DNA from: an uncultured Ruficoccus sp.
GTDB taxonomy: Bacteria; Verrucomicrobiota; Verrucomicrobiia; Opitutales; Cerasicoccaceae
Reading direction: 5' to 3'
Assembly: GCA_965140785.1 (NCBI GenBank)
Contig: OZ223488.1
Location: 1 to 16,040 of the forward strand
Length of the DNA stretch: 16,040 nucleotides
This document shows, piece after piece, positions 8,499-16,040 of the stretch (the first letter of the stretch is position 1; each line of letters opens with the position of its first letter). A program made the translations under genes and the position numbers. The notes beneath the pieces are model-generated. The model was given only the letters and a program-made list of their open reading frames with translations. It did not search any database and was not told the DNA's origin.

Positions 8499-10370
8499 TC
8501 AGTACACGTCGCGCTGGTAGCGCTTCTGCTTGCGCAGGTCGTCGAACCAGGACTGGGCCTGCTCCTCGGACTTGCCGCCGGCGGTCTGGGCGATCTTGAT
8601 CAGGGCGTCGTGGACATCCACCGCCATGCGGGTGGCGTCGCCGCAGACGTAGAAGTGCGCGCCCTCGTCGAGCCAGCGGTAGATTTCCTTACCGTTTTCC
8701 AGCAGGCGGTCCTGGACGTAGATCTTTTCAGGCTGGTCGCGCGAGAAGGCCACGTCGAGCTTGTTGAGGACCCCCTTCTTGAGGTAGTCCTGCCACTCGA
8801 GCTGGTAGAGAAAATCGAAATTGTAACGCTGATCGCCGAAGAAGAGCCAGTTGGCGCCCTTGTCGCCGTTGATGGCGCGCTCCTCGATGAAGGAGCGAAA
8901 CGGGGCGATACCGGTGCCGGGGCCGACCATGATGATCGGCGTGTCGGAGTCCTCAGGGAGGCGGAAATTTTTGTTCGTGTGGGTGTAAACCGGGACCGTG
9001 CCGCCGGCGGAGAGGTCGTCGGCGATGAAGGTCGAGGCGACGCCCTTGCGGATGCGGCCATGGGTCTCGTAGCGGACGGCGGCGATGGTCAGGTGGACCT
9101 CGTCCGGGTGCGCCTTGAACGAGGAGGCAATGGAGTACAGCCGGGGCGGCATCTTCCGCAGGATCGAGACAAACTCCGAGCCGCTGAGGCCCTTGACGGG
9201 GAAGTCCTCCAGCAGGTCGATGATCTGGCGCCCCCATAAGTAGTTGTGCAGGTCCTCCTTGTTCTCGGGGTCGAGCAGCTTGGCGATCTTGTCGGAGCCG
9301 GCCTTGTCGTTGTACTTTTTCAGGATGTTCTTGCTCAGGCCGGTGACATCGTAGTGGCGGGTCAGGGCCTCGCGCAGGGCGACTTCGCTCCCGGCGTTAC
9401 CGCTGACACGCTCGCGCGGATCGAAGCAGCACGTATCCATGATCATGTCCACCACATCGGGGGAGTTGGCCGGGATCAGGGCCAGGGCGTCACCGGGCAG
9501 ATAGCTCAGGCCGGAGCCTTCGAGCGAAAGCTCGAGGTGCCAGGTTTCCTTGATCGAGCCAGTGCCGTTGAGCAGGATGCGCTCCTTGAGCAGGGCGGGG
9601 AAGGGGTTCTTTTTGCCGTAAACCTGGCCGTTGGCGGCAGGCGCGACGGCGGGAGCGGTGGCGCCGTTGCTGCGCGAGGGGGCACCGTTCATGACGACGG
9701 CGCGGGCCGGTTCGGGCTTGGCGACCTTGGCCAGGGCGTTCAGCGCGCCCTCGATCCACTTCTGGTAAGGCTCCTCGTAGTCCACGTCGCAGTCGGTGCG
9801 CGGGTGGTAGCGCTCGGCGCCGAGTTCCTCCAGGCGCTGGTCGAAGTCGCGCCCGATCTTACAGAACTGCTCGTAGGAGGTGTCGCCGAGGGCCAGCACG
9901 GCGAAGCGGGTCTGCTCCATCCGCGGGCAGCTCTTGGCCATGACGGCCTTGTAAAATGTGGTCGCGCTGTCGGGCGGATCGCCTTCGCCCCAAGTGCTGA
10001 CGATGACGGCGAGGTTCGACTCCTTGGTCAGGGCCTCGGGGGTGAAGCTGCCCATGTCCTTGATCACGGGGAGGAAGCCCTTGCTCTCGGCCAGCTCCTT
10101 GGCGCGGCCGGCGAGTTCCTCGCAGTTGCCCGACTCGGTGCCGAAAAGAATGGTCAGCGGGATGCCCTTGTTGGGATGGTGGCTGGCCGTGGCGGCGGCG
10201 GGGGCATGCTGGGGCTGAGGGGCGCTTTCGCCTCCCACGCCGGCGAGAAAGCCGCTCAACCAGGCGTTTTGCTCGGATGAGAGTGAGCTCAAGGCGCTTT
10301 CGATCACCTGCTTTTGCTCGACACTGAAGGGGGCGTGGTCAGGAAGCTGCATCTGGGGGGACTTTGTCAC
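8499..10370 (-). CDS. cysJ: Sulfite reductase [NADPH] flavoprotein alpha subunit-like diflavin reductase (alternative start ATG 10352)
   Basis: N-terminal '[12 protein letters not shown]'; flavodoxin motifs 'FGTESGNC', 'STWGEGDPP', '[10 protein letters not shown]'; FAD motif 'PRLYSIASS'; NADPH motifs '[14 protein letters not shown]', '[13 protein letters not shown]', 'YVCGDA'; terminal 'RYQRDVY'. Confidence 0.9.
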   Translation of the reverse strand: MTKSPQMQLPDHAPFSVEQKQVIESALSSLSSEQNAWLSGFLAGVGGESAPQPQHAPAAATASHHPNKGIPLTILFGTESGNCEELAGRAKELAESKGFLPVIKDMGSFTPEALTKESNLAVIVSTWGEGDPPDSATTFYKAVMAKSCPRMEQTRFAVLALGDTSYEQFCKIGRDFDQRLEELGAERYHPRTDCDVDYEEPYQKWIEGALNALAKVAKPEPARAVVMNGAPSRSNGATAPAVAPAANGQVYGKKNPFPALLKERILLNGTGSIKETWHLELSLEGSGLSYLPGDALALIPANSPDVVDMIMDTCCFDPRERVSGNAGSEVALREALTRHYDVTGLSKNILKKYNDKAGSDKIAKLLDPENKEDLHNYLWGRQIIDLLEDFPVKGLSGSEFVSILRKMPPRLYSIASSFKAHPDEVHLTIAAVRYETHGRIRKGVASTFIADDLSAGGTVPVYTHTNKNFRLPEDSDTPIIMVGPGTGIAPFRSFIEERAINGDKGANWLFFGDQRYNFDFLYQLEWQDYLKKGVLNKLDVAFSRDQPEKIYVQDRLLENGKEIYRWLDEGAHFYVCGDATRMAVDVHDALIKIAQTAGGKSEEQAQSWFDDLRKQKRYQRDVY

Positions 10371-10409
10371 AGTCGGGAGACATCCGCCAGGGCGGAATCG
10401 GGCGTAAAT

Positions 10410-10484
<75 letters not shown>

Positions 10485-10650
10485 AGGTGGTTAAAATTCA
10501 AGTACTTGCGTTACCGTGATTCACGGCTTTGAACGGTGTCCAGGGTCGGGGAACGGGAAAAGGGCGGTGCTGCCAAGCCTCGAATCCATCGCTTCATGGA
10601 GTCCGTTAAAACACAATAGAGAATCTGTTTAAGAACACAAGAAGCGGGGA

Positions 10651-10678
10651 ATGCTAAGACTGGTCGCGCCGGAGTCAA
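10651..10678 (-). promoter_or_regulatory. Candidate sigma70 promoter for tRNA(CAT)-cysJ
   Basis: Minus strand TTGACT (10678-10673), 16-nt spacer, TAGCAT (10656-10651). Confidence 0.5.
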
Positions 10679-10798
10679 GGCGCGAAATGAGCATAAATCC
10701 TGACATTTTTTACACCAGTTGGAGGGGAGGGATGATGCTGCTTTCCCTGAAAAATGATTTTGCGCCGGGGTAGGCGAGAGCGTTTAATTACCCGCCTT

Positions 10799-11794
10799 AT
10801 GCGCAGACTCAATCTTCCGCGCCGCCCGCGTCGCCTGCGGCGTACGGCGGCTATCCGTAACATGGTGGCCGAAACCGCCGTGACCCCGGCGGACCTGATC
10901 CAGCCCTTTTTCGTCATCGACGGGGACGGCGAGCCGGCAGACATCGCCTCGCTGCCCGGCCAGCGGCGGCTGCCGATTGCGGAGCTGGTCAAAGAGTGCG
11001 AGGCCCTGGCCCAGCTCGGCGTGCCGGGCGTGGCGCTCTTTCCGAGCCTGGAGGCGTCGCTCAAGGACGCCGGGGGCAGCGAATCGCTCAACCCGGATAC
11101 CCTTGTCCTGCGGGCCATCCGCGCGGTCAAGCAAGCCGTGCCGGAACTGGCCATCGTCACCGACATCGCCCTGGACCCGTACACCAACCACGGCCACGAC
11201 GGGGTTTTCAACACCGACGGCACCGACATTGACAACGACGCCACGGTGGAGATTTTGAGGAAAATGTCCGTCCTGTGCGCCGAGGCGGGCGCGGACTTCG
11301 TCGCTCCCAGCGACATGATGGACGGGCGGATCGAGGCCATCCGCGAGTCCCTCGACGACGCCGGGCTGACCGAGACGGCCATCATGGCCTACTCGGCCAA
11401 GTTCGCCTCGGCCTACTACGGGCCCTTTCGTGACGCGGTCGGCAGCGCCTCGGCCGCCGGGACGACCCTGCTGGGCAAGCAGACCTACCAGCTCAACCCG
11501 GCCAACCGCCGCGAGGCCATGCTCGAAACCGAGCTGGACGAGCTGGAGGGGGCCGACGTGCTCATGGTCAAGCCCGCCGGACCGTACCTGGACATTATCC
11601 GCGACCTGCGCGAAAACACCCGCCTGCCGGTGGCCGCCTACCAGGTCTCCGGCGAGTACGCCCAGCTCCACGCCGCCGCCAAACTCGGCTGGCTCGACCT
11701 CGAACGCTGCCGCGACGAGTCCCTCCTCGCCATCAAGCGCGCCGGAGCCGGCATGATTTTAACCTATTTCGCCAAGGACGTGGCCAGGGCATAG
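10799..11794 (+). CDS. hemB: Porphobilinogen synthase (delta-aminolevulinic acid dehydratase), ~331 aa
   Basis: 'RPRRLR', 'DIALDPYTNHGHDG', 'APSDMMDGR', 'YSAKFASAYYGPFRDA', 'MVKPA', 'AYQVSGEY', 'KRAGA..ILTYFA'. ATG 10799 preferred over 10754 on expected family length. Confidence 0.97.
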   Translation: MRRLNLPRRPRRLRRTAAIRNMVAETAVTPADLIQPFFVIDGDGEPADIASLPGQRRLPIAELVKECEALAQLGVPGVALFPSLEASLKDAGGSESLNPDTLVLRAIRAVKQAVPELAIVTDIALDPYTNHGHDGVFNTDGTDIDNDATVEILRKMSVLCAEAGADFVAPSDMMDGRIEAIRESLDDAGLTETAIMAYSAKFASAYYGPFRDAVGSASAAGTTLLGKQTYQLNPANRREAMLETELDELEGADVLMVKPAGPYLDIIRDLRENTRLPVAAYQVSGEYAQLHAAAKLGWLDLERCRDESLLAIKRAGAGMILTYFAKDVARA

Positions 11795-11828
11795 CCCTGG
11801 ACCCCAGATGCGCTGCCGCACATCTGAG

Positions 11829-11851
11829 TGGCATTTCTTGGAGAAATGCCA
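11829..11851. repeat. Palindromic repeat, copy 1 (TGGCATTTCT-tgg-AGAAATGCCA)
   Basis: Perfect 10-bp arms with a 3-nt spacer between convergent genes. Near-identical copies at 15427 and 15542. Confidence 0.8.
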
Positions 11852-11866
11852 GGGGAGCGGGGCGAC

Positions 11867-13046
11867 TCAGTTTTTCTGTCCGCCCTGCGCCTCCTCGGCC
11901 GGGAGAGCTTCGTATTCGGCAATCAGGCGTGCGCGGGCGGGCTCAATGTAGTCGTGGATGTCCTCGCCGGTGATTTCCGTGAAGGCGGCGTAGAACTGGG
12001 GCATCGTGCCCTGTCCTTCCGGGAGTTGACCAAGGGCCTGGGTGAAAACCTCCTCGCCGTGTTTTTGGATGACATCCTCGATCACCGCGCAGCTCAGGGC
12101 GAAAGCCGCAGGGGAGGAGTTCATGTTTATGTCCGCGTATTCAGGAGATGTCAGGTCCAGCTCGTAGAGACCTTTTCCGTACTCACTCAGCTTGCTAAGC
12201 GTGTGTTGCTGGATAATCTGGGCGGTGTTTGGGCCCAGCCAGTCGATGGCTGTTTTCACTGCTACATGGTGGGCGAAGCCGACGTTTGCCCATAACGAGC
12301 TCTTGAGTTCCGAGTCGATGTGCGAGTTCCAGGCAGACCAATTGATAAACAAGAGCTGCAGATAAAACATGGAAACCTGAAAGCCCGTCTCCGGTCTTTG
12401 CATCATTCTGTGTATATCGAGTATTTCGTATGTCTGCTCCTTGGCTTTCTCCAGTTGTTCCGTCAGGGTCGGTTGCTCCTGAGGCTTGATCACGACGGGG
12501 ATTAGGAAGGAGGATGTCTGGAACGACTCTTCGTCCGTTTTGGCATTGCCTTTGGCATTGAAACTGAAGCTGAAACTCGGGCCACCCTCTTCATTGAGGG
12601 TGAAGCCGTCGACCGGGCCCTCTTGTTTCAGGGTTTCGATGAGTGTGCTGCGTTCCCAAATGTTTGCCCGGGTGATGACGAAGTTCCTGGCGGTCTCGCC
12701 AAACCATTTATCCATGAACGCATCGTAAAGCTGGAGCATCTTCGGCATCGGTTTGTCCAGGGCATAGGTGTCGCAGACAGTTTGAATGAGAGCTTTCCGC
12801 CTTTCTTTCATGGCGTTCATGTTCGCCATGGCTTCTTGGCGGACCTCGTTGACGAACTCGTCTTTGTTTTGGCTGAGCCATTCGCCGTAGATGTCGGCGA
12901 GTTCCTCATCATCGGCCGGGTAGGTGATCTCAATGCCGCCGTAAATCTTTGTCAGGCGTTTCAGAAGTGGTCGGACGGGCAGGGCGCTCTGGGGCTCCAG
13001 CGGCGGCAAGCGCCATGATCCCGGACAGCAGGATGGGCGTGAACAT
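11867..13046 (-). CDS. Exported hypothetical protein, ~392 aa, with a probable +1 frameshift just after the signal peptide
   Basis: The long frame looks protein-like from ~'TKIYGGIEITYPADDEEL'. ATG 13046 in the adjacent frame encodes a signal peptide 'MFTPILLSGIMALAAAGA' and then stops near 12930. The listed start at 13270 crosses a terminator and is implausible. Confidence 0.7.
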
Positions 13047-13136
13047 GTCACGATGATCGGCTCAGGTCCGGAGGTGGGCAAGACGAATGTCCGTCGTGTG
13101 AACGCGGCGCTTGTGCGGATAAGGAGACGCCACCAC

Positions 13137-13164
13137 AAAAAAAACCGCCCCGGTAAGGGGGCGG
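13137..13164 (-). terminator. Rho-independent terminator downstream of the acidic-tail gene
   Basis: Minus strand CCGCCCC-cttacc-GGGGCGG followed by T8. Confidence 0.8.
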
Positions 13165-13284
13165 GCTTTGAAAGTTGCTGAGTCGTGAACGTGGCTGGCT
13201 GATCCGGAGGTTTTTCCGGGGTAGCGGCCTTTCTGGCCGCGTAGGGGCAGCAGCCCCTCATCCGGATCAAACGCCGGGCGTTTG

Positions 13285-14054
13285 CTAGCGTTTGCGCTTG
13301 GAGCGGGGCTTTTCTTCCTCTTCCTCCTCGTCTTCGTCGAGGTCTTCGTCGTCGCCGTCGCGTTCCTCGTCGTCGTCATCCTCGTCTTCGTCGTCGTCCT
13401 CGTCCCACTTCATGGTTTCGTCTTCTTCGATCTTTTCATCGTCGTCGACGTCCGGGAAGTCTTCCTCGATTTCGTCCTCGGGTTCTTTTCCTGAGTCTCT
13501 TCTTCTTCGAGTTCGGCTTCGTACCCGGCGGGCACGTATTCGAGGATGGCGTTGAGCTCGGTAAAGACATGGATGGCGCGGCCTTCCATGAAATCAGCGT
13601 TCTGGTCCTCGCGGATTTCCTCCTCCAGCTCCTCGACGGTGAGCTTCTGCTCGAAGTCGATGGTGTCATTGAGCAGCTTGACGCGCAGGCGCGTGATGTG
13701 GTCCAGGAAGTCGGCGTAGGGGCCCTTTTCCTCGTCCACCACGTCGGGCAGGGCGAAGAGCATTTCGTCCGATTCGAGGAGAGAGTCGTTGACGCGAACC
13801 AGGCGCAGGCGGTTATCGTCGAGCTTCTTGTCGATCTTGAACTTATAGAACGCCGACTCGAAGACCTCGGGCTGGAAGTCGTAGTCGCGCAAGGGATCGA
13901 TCTGGTCGATGACGTGGCCGACCTGGCGGGGGTCGATGATGCTCAGCCCGTCCACGTCCCAGTGGACGTCGTCGCTGATTTCTTCCACCCACCAGTTGAC
14001 GTCCTCACCGAGGCGGACGATGCACCATTCTAGTACCGAAGATGTTTTTGCCAT
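13285..14054 (-). CDS. Hypothetical acidic protein, ~256 aa when a -1 frameshift near 13487 is repaired
   Basis: ORF 14054..13410 has GC3-rich coding. After 'EEEETQEK' the alternative frame reads EPEDEIEEDFPDVDDDEKIEEDETMKWDEDDDEDEDDDDEERDGDDEDLDEDEEEEEEKPRSKRKR to TAG at 13287-13285. Confidence 0.8.
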
Positions 14055-14237
14055 ATATGCGTTAGGGAAACGTTGGAAAATAAAGGTTTGTCAAGCCGGG
14101 GTAAAAGGTGTCTGGATTTTGTCCCCGATTGAAAATGCACCTGCTTTGAAAGTTTTTTAAGCGCTATTCCAAGGGAAAAATGTAATTTTTTTGCCATACG
14201 GCTAATCAAGGCCGTGGCTGACTGAAATTTTGAATCT

Positions 14238-15302
14238 ATGGGAGACCTGTATGAACACGTCGTCCGTCCCGTCCTTTTCAGGACTGATGCGGAAAGCGCC
14301 CACGAACGCTCGATCGGCTGGCTCAAGCTGCTGATGCGCGTACGCCCCCTGGCCAACCTCATGGCCGCCTACAACTCTCCCGGGAAAAATCGCCCCGTGA
14401 AGTGCTTCGGGCTGACCTTCCCGAATCCGGTCGGTCTGGCCGCCGGGTACGACAAGAACGCCGCGGTCTGGCCGGTCATGCCGGCCCTGGGCTTCGGCTT
14501 TGTCGAGATCGGCACGGTGACCTGGCACGAGCAGCCCGGTAACCAGCGTCCCCGCATCTTCCGCCTGCCTCCGGACGAGGCCGTTATCAACCGCATGGGC
14601 TTCAACAACGACGGGGCCAAGGCCGTGGCCGACCGCCTCGCGCGCTCGGGCGATTTCAAGCGCCGTAAGATCCCGTTGGGCATCAACATCGGCAAGAGCA
14701 AGATCACCAGCCTGGAGCAGGCCCCCGAGGACTACCTGAACTCCTACCACGCGCTGGCCGACTTCGCCGACTATTTCACCATCAACGTCAGCAGCCCGAA
14801 CACGCCGCAGTTGCGCGAGCTCCAAGCCAAGGCCCGGCTGCGCGACTTGCTCTCGACCCTCCTGCAGGCCGACGCCGAGCGCGCCCGCAAGCTCGGGGTG
14901 CCCCGCCTGCCGTTCCTGGTCAAGATCGCCCCCGACCTGACCTACCGTCAGGTGGACGACGTGCTCGAAACCGTGCAGGACCTCGGCATGGCCGGGATTG
15001 TCGCCACCAACACCATGGTGGCCCGCCCCGAGGACATCGACGACCGCGGCGAATCCGGCGGCCTCAGTGGCCGGCCCATCCACACCCGCTCCGTGCAGAT
15101 GGTGAACTACATTTACCGCGCCACCGGCGGCAAGCTGCCGATCGTGGGCGTGGGCGGCATCATGGACGAGAAAAGCGCTGGACAGATGTTCGACGCCGGG
15201 GCCAGCCTCGTGCAGCTCTATACCGGCATGATCTACCGGGGGCCATTCTTCGCCCGCGATGTGGTCCGCTCGCTTCAGTGGCACAGCGCCGAGTGGGTCT
15301 AA
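14238..15302 (+). CDS. pyrD: Dihydroorotate dehydrogenase (quinone), class 2
   Basis: 'DAESAH', 'NPVGLAAGYDKN', 'GTVT..QPGN..PRIFRL', 'NRMGFNN', 'NIGKSK', catalytic Ser loop 'NVSSPNT', 'VKIAPD', 'TNT', 'GGLSG', 'GVGGI'. Confidence 0.97.
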   Translation: MGDLYEHVVRPVLFRTDAESAHERSIGWLKLLMRVRPLANLMAAYNSPGKNRPVKCFGLTFPNPVGLAAGYDKNAAVWPVMPALGFGFVEIGTVTWHEQPGNQRPRIFRLPPDEAVINRMGFNNDGAKAVADRLARSGDFKRRKIPLGINIGKSKITSLEQAPEDYLNSYHALADFADYFTINVSSPNTPQLRELQAKARLRDLLSTLLQADAERARKLGVPRLPFLVKIAPDLTYRQVDDVLETVQDLGMAGIVATNTMVARPEDIDDRGESGGLSGRPIHTRSVQMVNYIYRATGGKLPIVGVGGIMDEKSAGQMFDAGASLVQLYTGMIYRGPFFARDVVRSLQWHSAEWV

Positions 15303-15426
15303 GGCGGGGGTACCCCCGCTGGCACTGAGCGGCTTGCGCCTCTACGAAGCCAGAGAGGTTCCTGTCCCAACAGGGCAAATCGCTGGTCCAGCCGGACTCC
15401 TGCACCGGGTATCCTCCGGATTACGG

Positions 15427-15451
15427 ATGGCATTTCTTCAAGAAATGCCAT
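15427..15451. repeat. Palindromic repeat, copy 2 (ATGGCATTTCT-tca-AGAAATGCCAT)
   Basis: Perfect arms identical to copy 1 over 10+10 bp. Confidence 0.8.
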
Positions 15452-15541
15452 AGGCGGGGCATTTTGTTGCAGGGTGGGATGTTCTCATCCCTTTTCGCGC
15501 GTGCGCCTATCTGCCGGAACGGGTGCAGCGGTAATCATCCC

Positions 15542-15567
15542 ATGGCATTTTCCCAGAAAAATGCCAT
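15542..15567. repeat. Palindromic repeat, copy 3 (ATGGCATTTT-cccaga-AAAATGCCAT)
   Basis: Perfect 10-bp arms sharing ATGGCATTT/AAATGCCAT with copy 2. Confidence 0.75.
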
Positions 15568-15599
15568 CCCGATCCGAAGGGATCGCGGGCCCAGTGCAC

Positions 15600-15625
15600 A
15601 AAAAAGCCCGCAATTGCGGGCTTTT
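15600..15625 (-). terminator. Intrinsic (possibly bidirectional) terminator after tRNA-Leu
   Basis: AAAAGCCCGC-aatt-GCGGGCTTTT perfect palindrome 7 nt past the tRNA CCA, with T runs on both strands. Confidence 0.85.
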
Positions 15626-15632
15626 AAAAAAA

Positions 15633-15717
15633 TGGTGCTCAGGATGGGACTCGAACCCATACACCTTTCGGCACCGCCCCCTCAAGACGGCGTGTCTACC
15701 AATTCCACCACCTGAGC
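15633..15717 (-). tRNA. tRNA-Leu(GAG)
   Basis: Reverse complement GCTCAGGTGGTGGAATTGGTAGACACGCCGTCTTGAGGGGGCGGTGCCGAAAGGTGTATGGGTTCGAGTCCCATCCTGAGCACCA: class II cloverleaf with long variable arm, GAG anticodon and encoded CCA. Confidence 0.97.
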
Positions 15718-16040
15718 ATAGATTCGTGGAAAACGAAGCAGACAGAGAAAACGTCTCGTGAGCCTGCGCGCAACAAAAAACTTCGCTCCTTTTTCGCCTT
15801 TTCAGGCAGAGGGCGGTTTTGACTGGTACGAAAAACGCTTTGGCTATCCTATTTTGCGCTAATAACGGGGGCTCATCTTCCCTAGAAAGCTTATTGCCAT
15901 GGAGCCGATTTTCCTCCTAGTCTCCGATTCCTAGCTTGGAAACCCAATCTTTCGGCTGAACGGTAACGCGACTCATCTTCCCTTTTTCACTCTCTGCTGC
16001 GGTAAAATGGCTGGCACATCACAATCTGGTAAGGACGCGG

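Noticed and set aside
8487..10280. 250-aa and 344-aa + strand ORFs
   Set aside because: Antisense to cysJ, a codon-bias artefact.
13047..13270. N-terminal 75 aa of the 467-aa ORF
   Set aside because: Runs through a terminator and structured UTR. A better start with a signal peptide exists at 13046.
13310..13480. (TCG/TCC/TCT)n low-complexity tract as a microsatellite or poly-Ser ORF
   Set aside because: Explained by Asp/Glu codons of the acidic tail on the minus strand.
14202..15284. 360-aa minus-strand ORF
   Set aside because: Antisense to pyrD. The same applies to 10784..11671 against hemB and 1154..2026 against the coiled-coil gene.
15427..15567. Two palindromic repeats as a mini-CRISPR
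   Set aside because: Only two non-identical copies, ~90-nt separation, flanks indicate inverted orientation, and no cas genes.
15464..15761. Short ORFs overlapping tRNA-Leu (also 10314..10532 over tRNA-CAT)
   Set aside because: Spurious translations of tRNA and terminator sequence.

Overview
GC-rich bacterial chromosomal window whose gene content suggests Verrucomicrobiota (Opitutales-like); the taxonomy is inference. Left to right it holds: the 3' end of a + strand operon of exported proteins (partial CDS, a 537-aa coiled-coil protein, a PA14-like protein); a LacI-family regulator broken by three single-base insertions; a convergent two-gene operon with a ~1170-aa PilX/GspK-like prepilin-leader protein and a small exported partner; a stand-alone CysJ-like diflavin reductase just downstream of a tRNA(CAT); hemB; two frameshifted hypothetical genes (one exported, one with a hidden Asp/Glu tail); pyrD; and tRNA-Leu(GAG). 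Non-coding signals include a three-copy palindromic repeat TGGCATTT-N-AAATGCCA (two copies form an inverted doublet), a multibranch hairpin in a 3' UTR, and an imperfect palindrome abutting the tRNA(CAT) 5' end. No CRISPR array, transposase or integrase was seen.
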